NCBI RefSeq assembly: GCF_006345805.1
Contig: NC_042998.1
Span: 185,442,001 to 185,506,000, forward strand
Source of the DNA: Octopus sinensis
Lineage: Eukaryota
Direction of reading: 5' to 3'
Length of the DNA stretch: 64,000 nt
Part shown: positions 11,701 to 24,860 of the stretch, in pieces
Layout of the letters: every line of letters begins with the position of its first letter
How positions within the stretch are numbered: position 1 is the stretch's first letter
Notes under the pieces: model-generated
What the model was told of the DNA's origin: nothing
Database searches by the model: none
The model's input: the letters and a program-made list of their open reading frames with translations, nothing else
Position numbers and translations under genes: made by a program

Positions 11701-12754
11701 AGCACAACCTCAAGTATCAAAATATTCCCTATACTTTATCCTGGCCCGTTGTTTGCGAAGCTTCCCTGTTTAATACTAATCTCTGTGTTTGTAAATTGCG
11801 TTCAAAATCACTCGCTGTCCTTCCTCACCAAGTAATGACCCAATAGATTCTCTGACGTAATCTTTTCATATAAGCACCTCTTTTGCCCATTATGCAGAGT
11901 CTATGATTCCTAATTACGATTAAGCCCCGACTATTCACTTCTCTCTCTCTCTTTCCGTCTTCTTCTTCTTTTTCTACATTTCTCCGTATCTCAGCATATC
12001 CTCCTTCCTTCACCACTGCCTCACCCTCATTCCTGGAATTCTTTCCTTACTTTTTCCTGTTTTTTTTTTTATATCTCAGATCCCATCCCTAATTGTTTCA
12101 AAGACTGCTCTTCACTACTCCCCTCGCTCCTTACCCCTATCTCAGCAGCACCTCACTTCTTCTACACGCCCCCACCCCATTCCTTTATTTCATTTCTTGC
12201 CTCTTCCTCTCTTTCTCTTTTGCCAGCAATCTCCATGGTTGATTTAACGTCTGCTTTGTGACATACCCAACTACCAGTGGTGCCTCCTTTCATCATACAG
12301 ACCTATCCTACCTCTTCCCACTTTCCTCTGGCTCTTCTATTTTTATTGATCCCCCATCCTCGATTACTGACCTCTCCCACCATCCCTCCTCCTCCTTGTA
12401 TTTCTTCTTGCTCTTCCTCTACTTTTTCTACTACTGCTTCTTAAGCCACCTGCATCCTCCCTCTCTGTTTTTCAATCCTTTCTTTTTCTCCCCTTCAACC
12501 TTTAAATCACTCACAGTACGATGTGATTTGTAATTTTCTTCTCCCAATGAAGGAAGCCGGTCTTATGGTAATGTCTCAATGTGACCATTTACTGGTTGCA
12601 TATCCACGATTTTTTGCATAATCCATCTGCTAATTATGAACATAACGATTATTATGTAATTTCGAGCTCCCAGAAACAGCTGTCGAGTTAAAGATACTAT
12701 GCACTCTCTCAGTATTCTGTATTTTTTAATGCTCTATGTACATGTAAATTTCTT

Positions 12755-12794
<40 letters not shown>

Positions 12795-15309
12795 CAGTTA
12801 ATCCAAACATGAAAACACAACAACACGAGGACATGGAACAAGTATAGTGTTATTGGATGCTCAGGAAAGAATTCCAGGACCCAGAAGTTGTTCACAAACA
12901 GCAGCAGTAATTTTCAGCTGAATACACATCATTGACTGGTTAAGGTTACCCAAAAACGACAACTTTAACACGAAATAACTTCTAAAATACAAAATTTTGT
13001 CAAAAAAGTTAATAGTAAACTCTGTTCTATGTGACACATTCTACCAGTATCTGAAGTTTTGAAGTGCTTAGTTAAAAGAAAATTTATTAAAAAATCTGTA
13101 CGTCAAATGGAATAGATCCCCACTCTGTTCTATTTGTATGCTGTGCAAAGATGATGTCAGCTTTATCCTTTCTGCCTTTCTAGTCATCACCATGCATTCT
13201 TTACTCTTTCCCTCCTTCTACACTATCAGCTAGCAAACAGCGAGTGAACTTGTCACTGCCACTACAATTACCGTATTTTCCCGTGTATAAGCTGCTATTT
13301 GTTTTGTTTTACTTTCAGGTTTTGATAATGTTATTTTTTATCCAATAAAGACTTTTATATTGACGAAATGTGTTTGTTGTTGATTATAGTAAGATAAAAT
13401 CACGACAATAACAATGCATCTCATAGCTGTAAAATAAAGCATTTTGAAACTACATATTCGTCAACAACAAAAAAGCTAGCTGCAGACTCGTGGTGACATT
13501 TAGTAGAGATGACCTGGAAGTTGTTCTTCGATTACTATCGCAAACAGCAGTAAGTTTCTTCAACCGAATACACATTGTTGATTGGTTGAAATTATCCAAA
13601 TATGACGACTTTAACACGAAATAACTTCTAAAATAAGAAATTTGGTCAAAAACGTTGAGTAAACCGTGTTCTACATGAGAAATTCTACCAGTATTCAAAG
13701 TTTCAAATTGTTTAGTTAAAAAATATTAATTAAAAAAATCTGTGATTGAGATGGAATAGATCCAAGTGGGTTATTTATGGGGAGAAAGATAATGAAAAAC
13801 GTCAATACATCAGAGAGACAAACAAACGAGGAGGGTATCAGGTGGTCATGAGATGTGCTAAAAATAACAGCTAACTTGCACTTAAATCACACACATGTGT
13901 AGAATATAAATTCGCAAAAGTTTTCTGAAAATTCCAAAAAATAAAAAGGTTATATGGGTTGCTTGAAGCAGAATTCCACCTGGCTCACTTCCTGATACAT
14001 TTATTCTCCATGAGGTTAAAGAGAAGAAATTACTGAATTTAGTCATTACTCATTTTGCCCCACTTTAGACATCCTTTGATAAGTGAAATTTGAAAATTAT
14101 GAAATTGGACATTAATGTGGGAATAAAAATCGATGTGCAGTGTAACAGAGAAAAACTATTGATTGTTAAACACCAAAAATTATCTAGATATTTTATTAGC
14201 AACCTCAATTACAATTGGATTAACGTTGAGGAAACATTTCTTGAAAAAAAATAGTACTTGCTACCTGACTGTTTCAAACTCTCTCAACTGCAACAACAAC
14301 TATGGTGACCAATGTTTACTCCCAAAGACGATGCAATAGTACAAAATGGTATTTCAATACTTGCAATGTAATAATTTCAAGCAAGTAGTAAGAAAATAAC
14401 AAGAAATTGGTAATTACTCATTTTGCCCCATTCCCCAGTGGTTATTTCAAGTATTTGACAAAATGTTGAAAAATATTGAAAAAACAAAGAAAAAGAAAAA
14501 CATGTGAACATAAAAACAAAAATTGCAAAGCTGAAAAAAATACTTTGGAGTGATGAGAGACAATTTGATAATTAAAACAAAATTCAAAATTTAAATTTTT
14601 GAACATATTCCTTACTTGTACTTTTGTAAAATAAGACCATTTTTCAATGCCTCACTGAAGTAATGAAGTTTACAAGTGACACTATGTGTGTGTGTGTGCG
14701 AGTATGCATGTATCCTTTTATTTGTGATATTCAAAGGTCATTGTCCAGTCATGCATTTGTTGAAAGAAGGAATTTGACTTAGAAACAATAAAACTTCTTA
14801 CTATCAATCTATTTCCTTATCTTTATATACATTCACACATGTACACACACACACATATACATACATACATACATGAAAAAGCACCTGGAAGAGGCTTGAT
14901 TGTTGGATACTGACCATATCTTATCAACCTGTCCCAACAAGTTTTCAATGGGAACAATAGCATACTACACTGGTTGTCTCTCTGGCAGAGACAAAAAACT
15001 GATCCCCAAATGCAGGACGACCCATATGGCAAAAAACTACTGGCCAGTTGCATGCCAAAACTTAATGTATAAAATATATACAACATGTTTAAACCTCTTC
15101 CTCCAAGAAATATGATATGACAGGTAAACGTCTTAGTTGTCAAGCAGAAATAAAGATTCAGCCTCTGGCCCATTACGTGCACTGCAGCACTCATATTTCA
15201 ACTTATTATAGCTAAGTCCATTCAACAAACTTCATTTATGAAAAATGCTTTCAATTATGTGAATGAATTAGGTAAACTATATATTACATCAGGGAAATTT
15301 GTGAAGTTG

Positions 15310-15480
15310 AAAGATCTTTTAGTGCTCTGTGGAGACTCAAAACCTGGCTGCAATTGATCATGACTCAGCAAAGGTTGAATCATATTCTAATATGCCATGT
15401 TCATAGAGATGTTTTGAAAAAGATTAGTTGTGAAGAAGTTGCTAAATTATTTATTTACGTGAGAGATAAATTTACTTATA
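15310..15480 (+). mobile_element. hAT transposase C-terminal dimerisation-domain remnant
   Basis: FSALWRLKTWLQLIMTQQRLNHILICHVHRD fits the FS.L.RLKT.LR.TM.Q.RLN.L..L.VH pattern. Confidence 0.65.
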
Positions 15481-17203
15481 TTTTTTTATTCAAGCATCTA
15501 TGTTTTATTTTTTGTTTATTTGATATAATAAATTCTTATTATTTTTGTATATCTGAACTTCATTTGAGTATATAAAATTTAATTAGCATAAAATTTTACT
15601 TATGTGATAGGGTCCAGGAAAGGCATCATAAGCAATACTAATATGCTCCTTCAGGAATCAACAAATGTTGGTTTGTCCCCCTCACATTTTTAAGGCAAAC
15701 AAGGCCCCTGGTCGCTAGTAATATATTGTAGGAAACTAGAATCAAACTTAGCTGTAATTTAAATGATGAACAGAAAAGATTAGTGTTATTTGAGAGATGG
15801 GATAAAGTTTGTCCATCATCATTGAAGGAATCCATTTTATTCCAAGCTGTATTTCAGCAAAGGATAATTTGATGTTGCAAAGGCTAGTTGCTTATTGCTT
15901 CAATGTGCTGTGCTCTGGTTTTTGCTTTTATGCTACGAAACACAGAGACTTCAAGAAAACATCCACATATTGTATATTAAAAGATGCTTGTTGAACCACC
16001 AGACGAAATGAGGTTGGTCTGTGTAACTGCTCATCATGCTAAAAATAACCATTTGTCAAAAAAATGTTTTTCCAAAATTTCACTTTTTAAAATCATTTCT
16101 TCCCTGGCAATTGGAATAACCCTAACTGCCATACATGAGTGGGTGGCTGTTGAGCCAGAAGGTCAAATGAGAAAAGCCTCAATGTAATTACTTGACACAT
16201 TAGAAATAATAACTAGATCTCTGAAAAACAATTTTTTTTTCCTATAATCTCAATTTTTCTACATACCTGTCCCCATCTCTATCAGTTAAGAGACTAACTC
16301 ATTAGAAATAAGGAGTGCATCAGCACTGTCATTCCCATTCTTCTCCAACCAACCTCCACTTAAATATTTGGTAAATTTTCTGCCACCTCCCTCTTTAGTA
16401 ACGAGAAGAAAAGTTAGATTTTCTCTTAACATAATTCTACTTTCTTTGCCATGATGTAGGAAAAGTTTTAAAATACCTAAATTATCTTTGTTTTTAAACA
16501 GTTTAGTAAAATACAACATTTGCTTTACTACCAGAAGGAACAAACACTTAGTAAATGAAGCCAAAAAGTGATGATCACACTTTCTATTGCACTCTTAGCC
16601 ATAGATCCAACTTCCATTACTAGCAATGATTCAAGAGAGGAAAGTTGTGTCATCATTAGACTTCTCACAAAGTTCAAAGTGCACATCAGAATGCTAGTGC
16701 TTTTGATCCAGTGTTGAGGTCTGGTGAACATGCTTTAAAGTTCACAGCAACAGGATGCATATTCAGATTTCAGTGAATGTCTTCAGGCAGACTCCTTAAT
16801 TGATTCTAACCATGCAAGAGAATTGATGGATTGTCAGGTCACAGTTCTCATGTATTTTTTTTCCACTTTTCCTGTAATTTTGCAAGTAATTGGTTGTCCT
16901 TCAGCGACACTCAACTAACTTTGAAATGCATGTGACATTGAGATCTGCATTAGACATAAAGAATAGTCACTAAAATTCTGACAAAGTATTTGAGAGACTT
17001 AGAAGCAGATTTGCCACAATTAAAATTTGATGTAGACACATTACTTGAATTTGTTAGGCTTACTAAAAATCAGAGATATTCTAACACTTGCCCAATAATT
17101 GAACACAAGCAGACAGCATGAAGACAAGTTGTAAATTGACACAGTAGGTTGGCCATCATTGATTGTCAGTTGTATATACATACATACATAATCATCATCA
17201 TCA

Positions 17204-17607
17204 TAGGCGCAGGAGTGGCTGTGTGGTAAATAGCTTGTTTACCAACCACATGGTTCCGGGTTCAGTCCCACTGCGTGGCACCTTGGGCAAGTGTCTTCTA
17301 CTATAGCCTCGGGCCGACAAAGCCTTGTGAGTGGATTGGTAGACGGAAACTGAAAGAAGCCTGTCGTATATATGTATATATATATGTGTGTGCGTGTGTG
17401 TTTGTGTGTCTGTGTTTGTCCCCCTAGCATTGTTTGACAACCGATGCTGGTGTGTTTATGTCTCCGTCACTTAGCAGTTCGGCAAAAGAGACCGATAGAA
17501 TAAGTACTGGACTTACAAAGAATAAGTCCCGGGGTCGAGTTGCTCGATTAAAGGTGGTGCTCCAGCATGGCCGCAGTCAAATGACTGAAACAAATAAAAG
17601 AGTAAAG
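17204..17607 (+). mobile_element. tRNA-derived SINE family A
   Basis: Pol III A/B-box head taggcgcaggagtggctgtgtggt...ggttcagtcccact, central (TA)/(TG) tract, tail gctccagcatggccgcagtcaaatgactgaaac + (gtaaaaga). Confidence 0.9.
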
Positions 17608-18402
17608 TTCAATCATAATATGAGCAACTCAAAAGCTTTCTGATAGTGCTTTGTGTACACTCACATACTCTTTCCTTCTCTCCCCCCCACCCCCACTATC
17701 ACATGAACACACTTAAGAAACCAGAGAGAAAACTTCAATGCCACTACTTTATTCTAAGAAGCCAAATGAAAATAACATACCATATAAACAACAATAGGTT
17801 ACCATAATGAAACCCAAACCCTATCATGGCAATTGTAATCCTACAATTTATGAAGTGGTTATATGTCTTCTTTACTGAAGACCCACAGCATATTTCCTCA
17901 CAAAAGGCTATTAGATAGATTTTCAAAGATCTATTCACCAACATGCTTTAATCACAAACATGTTTCTTTTGTATACCTATTGTACCACTGTTTTTATAGC
18001 TTCTGCCTCTTCACACTAAGAAACTATAACCTATTCAGCCAGGTCCATTAACATTCTGCTAAGTTTAATCAACTAGATTCTGCATTAAATATTTTGATCA
18101 ATAATCCTTTTCCAAAACAGCAACCTGAGGGGATTAATTTTCCGCTGAGATATTTCTCACAGTGACATACAGATGTTCAAATTAAACATAAGCTGTTCAC
18201 TAAATACAGTGGATTGGCAGAATTGTTAGAGTATCATACAAAATGCTTTATTTTGGCCTTATATATTCTGAGTTCAAATCAATCAAAGATCAGTTTTGCC
18301 TCTCATCTTTCTTGAGTTGATGAAAAATAGTACCAGTCATGTAGTGAGTCAGTTTAATTAACTAATACCAACATCCTTCAGCTCCTTTCAAACAAGAATC
18401 TA

Positions 18403-19283
18403 TGAGGTGGTACCAAAAAGTTCCTGGACTAATTCTGTAGCATGCCAACAGATGGCAACACATGACTGTGCATAGTGAGTGCTAGCAGTGACCTTCATGA
18501 GGCAGTGCACTGAGTGACATTGCTGTGTTTACTTCACAAGTTGTGAAATTTGTGTTTTTGTTATCACTCGTATGCTATAGTCTGCAATTTTTGTCATGGA
18601 CAGGAAATTGGAACAAAGAGCCAATGTGAAATTTTATGTTAAACTTGGGAAGTCTGCTACAGGGACATTGAGCATGCTTCAGCAAGCTTAAAGGGATAAA
18701 GCAATGGGTTGTATGTAACGTTTCAAGTGGCATGGGTGCTTCAAAAGCAGAACATCCCTGGAAGACGACGATCGATCGATCTGGAAGACCTGCCATGAGC
18801 ATCACCCCGGGAAATTTGGAGAAAATTCATCAGCTTGTGCATGAGGATTGTTGGAGGACAATCAAATGTTTTGAAACATTTGGGGAAGGACATTCAGTGA
18901 AAGCAACCAGATCTGTGGAGCACAAAGAATTGGATTCTTCACGACAATGCAGTCACCAAGCTCTCCTCATTCTTGAGTTTCCACCAAAAACAACATGGTG
19001 TTGCTTCTGCACCTGCAAACTTCCATCTCTTCCACAAGATGAAAACGCAGCTCAAAGGTTGCCATTTTAACCCTGTTGTCAGGATCAAGTGTGAATTGCG
19101 GAAGGTCCTCAACTCACTTACAGAAAACAACTTCCAGGTCAGATTCCAAAAGTGTCAGGAATGCTGGGACTGGTGTATTTCTATGCAAGGTGACTATTTC
19201 GAAGGAGATGATGGTAAAACTTAGGTAAATAAGTTTTTCTTTATTAAGCATAACTATTCCAGGAACCTTTTGATACCACTTTG
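18403..19283 (+). mobile_element. Defective mariner element
   Basis: TIR tgaggtggtaccaaaaagttcctgga / tccaggaaccttttgataccacttt, TA flanks; internal EQRANVKF.VKLGKSA...SGRP...LVHED and FHKMKTQLKG.HF remnants. Other mariner pieces near 19300-19430, 27740-28110 (-) and 37616-37860. Confidence 0.85.
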
Positions 19284-19619
19284 TAAAACTGAGACAATGT
19301 AAGGGGGTGCTGAAAAGTTCCTGGCTTTGGGTAAAAGAAAATTCAGGAGAATCAGAAAATTTTGATTTTATTCAACATATCACCCTCAGATGGACAGCAG
19401 GTGCAGAAACGAGGTAATTGATGAAGACAGTAGGCAAGGGAGGAAGGTAACTGGAGTCGGGGAGTAAAGGTGATTGAGAAAGCCAGGGAGTGTAGAATGT
19501 GCCTATTCTGCTCTTGGATGATAGAGGAAGTGATGGATGTTAAGGAATGAAATGTGGGTGGTGGGGAGGAGGTTGACACGCATTACCAAGGTGGTTCTGG
19601 GATATTAATTCTGCTGTAG

Positions 19620-20460
19620 TGGGTGAGTCTTGAGTACAAGGCGTCATGTACCCCAGTCCTTTGTCATCTTCTTTGTATTTGTAAGGCTCAGTGTTTTGAG
19701 ATTGGCCTTCAATACTTCATCCCATGTTTTCCTGGGTCTCCTTCCTCCTCAACTTCTCTCCACTTTAAGTGATTGCATTTCTTTATGCAACTATCCTCAT
19801 CCATCTGCATCACACGTCCAAACCAGCAGAGTCTTCTCTCTTGCACACTGCATCTAATTCCTCTTATGCCTAACTTTTTTCTCAATACACTAGCACTCTG
19901 TTGCACACCCAGTGGAGCATACCAGCTTCCTTTCTTTCTAATCTTTGAATGTTCTCTGCATTTAGGGTCCATGTCTCACTACTGTATAGCTTTGCTGTCT
20001 GTCCACATATACCATACAATCTTCCTTTCACTTAGAGAGAGAGAGAGAGAGAGACCTTTTGTTGCTAACAGTGGTAAAAGCTCTCTGAACTTTCTCCATC
20101 CTAATCTTATTCTAGCAATTACACTTTCAGTACATCTTCCTCCACTGCTAATTAGGTCACCTAGGTAACATGAATTATCTACTACTTCGAGAATCTCAAG
20201 GACATTTGAGGAAATCACTATTCTGTGCATCTGTAGTCCTTATGGCTCCTGTATGTCTTCCACATACAAACACTACTTTCTTTATTAACCTTCCTATTAT
20301 TCCCCTGCACCTTTTGTGTTTCCATCACTTGCACTGGGTACACCAAATGGAGTTCCTGCCTACAACTTTTCTACATATTGAGCAGGGCCATTTACCTGAA
20401 ATGGTGGGTAAATCCTATTTGATTTCTTGTTTACTAGGACCTTGGGTCTTTTGCTAAGTT
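19620..20460 (-). mobile_element. RTE-clade LINE, post-RT 3' ORF fragment
   Basis: LEVVDNSCYLGDLISSGG...SVIARIRLGWRKFRELLPLL...LRKKLGIRGIRCSVQERRLCWFGRVMQMDEDSC. Confidence 0.8.
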
Positions 20461-21206
20461 AACTTTAAGACCCTAGTAAATAAGATTTATTTATAAAAAA
20501 TTTTTCCTTTTTTTCCATTTTTACAAACTTAAATTGAAATACCATATTAAAATTTAATTCAAATCAAGAAAAACATTTGTTTTTTAAAACTGAACTTTGA
20601 TTCAAGTAAAAATTTCAATTCAAAACAATCTTTCTAACTGTTTCTTCTTAAAATGTTTTAATGAATTAACATTTATTTTCATCAATTTGAATTTAAAATC
20701 TTCAGTAAACAAAATAACAAAATGGGGAAAAATTGAATAGGAATCATTTAAAGTATTGTAATATATAATTTCCATGAGAATCTAAACAGTGTTGGTGGTG
20801 TTTGACAGATTTCCAATTTATTTTAATACAATTTGGAACTGACTGAAAAATCAGAGACAAGGAGTATTTAGCTTGTAAGACAAATAAAACACTTCTTGAT
20901 AAGTTTTAAACCTTACATAGGAATGATATAGAGTCAATGTTTCAATACAAGTGTTGTCTTCTTTGAGTCAAACAAATATTGGTTTCTCATTGCCAATTCA
21001 TAAAGTCATTATATTTTAGAGAAATGGAAAATAAATGTGATGAACATGTGTTTCCCTATAGTAAACTTGTATCAACTTGCATCAACTTGAAACCGACTTA
21101 AATTAATCAAAATACTTTTGTTCTATTTGTTTTTCATTCTTATAATAGTAAAGTGTTGAAGAGTAAAGTATCAAAAGTTATCCATTAGATATTGTCAGTA
21201 AATGTT

Positions 21207-21261
21207 CTACATTTCTTTAGGGCAGTAACCTGGACCCAAAGGTTCAGCTGGAACACCACGC
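21207..21261 (-). CDS. HEXB: Beta-hexosaminidase last coding exon
   Basis: Acceptor ttattttAG; (K)RGVPAEPLGPGYCPKEM*, TAG at 21207-21209. Confidence 0.92.
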
Positions 21262-21319
21262 CTAAAATAAAATAAAAACAATATTATAAAAAAGCATTAA
21301 CTTTATTTTGATGTTTTAA

Positions 21320-21576
21320 CCCTTTCGTTACTGTATTTATTTTGAGATGCTCTGTGTTTTTTTCAACTACTTTAAATATAACAAAGAATTTAGTAAAATA
21401 ACTTAGTTATAGGCGCAGGAGTGGCTGTGTGGTAAGTAGCTTGCTAACCAACCACATGGTTCCGGGTTCAGTCCCACTGCATGGCATCTTGGGCAAGTGT
21501 CTTCTGCTATAGCCTCGGGCCGACCAAAGCCTTGTGAGTGGATTTGGTAGACGGAAACTGAAAGAAGCCTGTCGTA

Positions 21577-21613
<37 letters not shown>

Positions 21614-21972
21614 ATGTGTGTGTATATGTTTGTGTGTCTGTGTTTGTCCCTCTAGCATTTGCTTGACAACCGATGCTGGTGTGTTTACGTCCCCGTCACT
21701 TAGCAGTTCGGCAAAAGATACTGATAGAATAAGTACTGGGCTTACAAAGAATAAGTCCCGGGGTCGATTTGCTCGACTAAAGGCGGTGCTCCAGCATGGC
21801 CGCAGTCAAATGACTGAAACAAGTCAAAGAGTAAAAGAGTATCGTTAAGCTAGTGTTAAGAACATAAATTGTGACTAAGGTTTGGTGGAAGATTTTAATA
21901 CAAAACTTATGAAAACAAGACATTTGTACTACAGAGCCTGAGCTGGTTTCAGCTGGGTTGGTAACGAAAGGG
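21320..21972. mobile_element. piggyBac-like MITE interrupted by a SINE A copy (21409-21839)
   Basis: TTAA|CCCTTTCGTTAC...GTAACGAAAGGG|TTAA; intact copy at 22742-22962, others at 31386-31572 and 54834-55054. Confidence 0.85.
21409..21839 (+). mobile_element. SINE family A nested in the MITE
   Basis: Full head and tail; MITE sequence resumes after it. Confidence 0.9.
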
Positions 21973-22741
21973 TTAAACAAGAAATTCATTCAATTGAATT
22001 GGGATATTTACAAAATCTGGGAGAAAAAGTTGTATCGAAAGCACGAGGAATTATTACTTAAGTTGAAACATGCCAAAACATACAAAAGACTGAATATTTT
22101 GTTCAACTGGCATCATTGTTTAGAAGCTGGATCAGTTAGATTTTAAATCTTATTTCCCACCCCAACATTTCTCTTTCACTGCAAATATCTCTACATCCAC
22201 TTTCTGTCTACCAAATAACCTATTCTTTCCTTTTTTGATTTCTGCCCAGCCATTACTTGAACACTACGTTTGGCTGAAAAGCCATGGTTTGAAATCTTAG
22301 CTTTTCTCACTTATCATGGCAACAGAACAAACTCTTCTTTACTATTGCTATTGTTACTAACCTAGACTATAGTCAGAAGTTTTTTTAGATTCTGAAATTA
22401 CTCCAGCTAGTTTCATCCCCAAAAGGGTCATGAGCCAGTTACTTGTTTTTTGTTTTTTTTTGTACTTAAAAATTATTTTATTTCAGTTACTTATATTCTA
22501 AAGATATATAATGACAGATATAAGAATGCTAATTCATAAGCCCAATTTGTAATATATGTGAACTGTGCCTTTTGAATTTCTACTGTACTTTAAAATATAT
22601 TTTCAATCCTGAAAAGAACTCTAAATTTAACAACAGTTTCATTTATATTCAGGTGTAGGGTACCCAAGATGATCAGTTTTAATATGTACAGTACAGAAGA
22701 GGGGACTGAAAGCAACACATTCCTGTTTTACCCTTTCTTAA

Positions 22742-22962
22742 CCCTTTCGTTACCAACCCGGCTGAAACCTGCTCTGGCTCTTTAGTACAAATGTCTGGTT
22801 TTCAAAAGTTCTGAATTAAAACCTTCCACCAAACCTTAGTCACAATTTATGTCCCTAACTCTAGCTTAATGATAACGATGTTATTTTACTTAATTCTTTG
22901 TTATATTTTACATAATTGGAAGAAACACTGAGCATCTCAAAATAAATACAGTAACGAAAGGG
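22742..22962. mobile_element. piggyBac-like MITE, intact (221 bp)
   Basis: TTAA duplications, CCC...GGG termini, TIR ccctttcgttac. Confidence 0.88.
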
Positions 22963-23318
22963 TTAAGATAAAAAAAATATATGCTTAACTATTGTTTAGA
23001 TAACAATATCTCTGTCTCACGGTTTTTACTAGGTGTCATAGTGTACAGGAGCTTATCCCAGTTTTCTAAATGTTAAGAAGATAAAGTGATGCTAGTCATT
23101 TGAAAGTGTTGTGCATGTAAGAATTTGAGTTCAAGAGAAAAAAGTAAAGAAACATTCATAAGTTACACTGTGCCCTTCTATACTGACAATAATCAACAAT
23201 ATCTCTTTATGGTATTTTATTCATTCATTGACAGACAGAGAGACAGATAGATGGTACTGTGTCATAGAGAGTTGAGTTGATAAGGACTAACTAGGACTAT
23301 ACAACCACATTGGCAATG

Positions 23319-23720
23319 AGGTGCAGGAGTGGCTGTGTGGTAAGTAGCTTGTTTACCAACCACATGGTTCCGGGTTCAGTCCCACTGCGTGACACCTTGG
23401 GCAACTGTCTTCTACTATAGCCTCGGGCCGACCAAAGCCTTGTGAGTGGATTTGGTAGACGGAAACTGAAAAGAAGCCCGTCGTAGATATATATATATAT
23501 GCATGTGTGTCTGTGTTTGTCGCCCTAGCATTGCTTGACAACCTATGCTGGTGTGTTTATGTCCCCGTCACTTAGTGGTTCGGCAAAAGAGACCGATAGA
23601 ATAAGTACTGGGCTTACAAAAGAATAAGTCCTAGGGTCAAGTTGCTCGATTAAAGGCGGTGCTCCAGCATGGCTGCAGTCAAATGACTGAAACAAGTAAA
23701 AGAGTAAAAGAGAAAAGAGA
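23319..23720 (+). mobile_element. SINE family A
   Basis: Same head and tail as 17204-17607. Confidence 0.9.
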
Positions 23721-24273
23721 GAGGTCCTTGGTAAGCCCTGATTAACTTAGACACATTCCCACTAAGTTATATATAAATAGCTATCATAAAGACACATTTT
23801 TAATCACTGACACTGACCTTTAGTCACTTAGCTAGCAACAAATTTCCTTCTCTGATAAATGATTTCTGTTGTTGACAAGAAACTACACATTTTGAGGGAA
23901 TGGTATAATTGGTTAAATTTATCTAAGTAGTTGACTGACACTTCATTTTATCAATCTCAGAAGAGTGAAAAGCAAAGGTGACCTTGACAAAATTTGAACT
24001 TGGAACAAAGAGCCTTAACTAAACACAGCAGGATACTTTGTATGGAGCTCTAATTACTCCGTTAGTCTACTATAGTTAATAATAAGAAAAATTAATGAAG
24101 AATGTTGTGTGATATGGATGGGGTATAGGTGATGGTGGTTGGTGAAGCATTATTTCCAAGCTATCTTTAAGGTTTTTTTTTTTATAATATGCTAATATTA
24201 ATTCATACTTAATTTGTGTATGAAGAAAAATTTAAATTCAAGAAAAGATAAGTATTAAAACAGTAATTCTTAC

Positions 24274-24378
24274 TTTAAAAGTCGACATCTATGAAATTCT
24301 AAGCGAGTCTCTGCAGAAGCTATATTTTTTACACTAGCATCACTCCATAAACGTTCAGCAACAGCTGATGCTCTTGGC
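24274..24378 (-). CDS. HEXB: Beta-hexosaminidase exon (105 bp)
   Basis: (W)[34 protein letters not shown](K); AG / GTAAGA. Confidence 0.95.
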
Positions 24379-24528
24379 CTGTAAAAGATAAAAAAAAAAG
24401 TACTAATTCATGTATACAGAAAATTCCAAGAGAGTATGTCTTCTTTAGTTGATATGGAAAAGAACAAAAAAAAAACATTAGAAACAAGTAAACAATATTA
24501 GTTACAGACAATACAATCTGGAACAGAT

Positions 24529-24860
24529 CATCATCATCATCATCATCGTTTAACTTCTGTTTTCCATGCTAGCATGAGTTGGACGGTTCGACCGGGGTCT
24601 GGGAAGCCAGGAGGCTGCACCAGGCTCCAGTCTGATCAGGCAGTGTTTCTACAGCTGGATGCCCTTCGTAATGCCAACCACTCTGTGAGTGTAGTGGGTG
24701 CTTTTTACATGCCACCAGCACAGGTGCCAGGGGAGGCTGGCAGCGGCCACGATCGGATGGTGCTTTTTACGTGCCACCAGCACAGGTGCCAGGGGAGGCT
24801 GGCAAACGTCCACGATCAGTTTGGTGCTTTTTACGTGCCATTGGCACAGAAGCCGATGAA
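24529..24860 (-). mobile_element. RTE-type 3'-tail retroposon (family C; truncated LINE 3'UTR or SINE)
   Basis: (GAT)n tail after aacccatgctagcatggaaaac...gttaaac; internal tandem ~55-60 bp units containing gtgccngtggcac. Other copies at ~29835-29970 (-), 32890-33340 (+), 33930-34170 (+), 34625-35160 (+), 39472-39690 (-), 50075-50285 (-), 50303-50480 (+), 55483-55660 (-), 60660-61060 (-). Confidence 0.75.

Noticed and set aside
15600-17150. Stretch with coding-like composition next to the hAT remnant
   Set aside because: All frames are interrupted and I could not recognise motifs; probably decayed transposase but not callable.
17204-17275. tRNA-like sequence with A and B boxes
   Set aside because: It is the head of SINE family A, repeated at least eight times with body and tail; no complete cloverleaf or acceptor stem.
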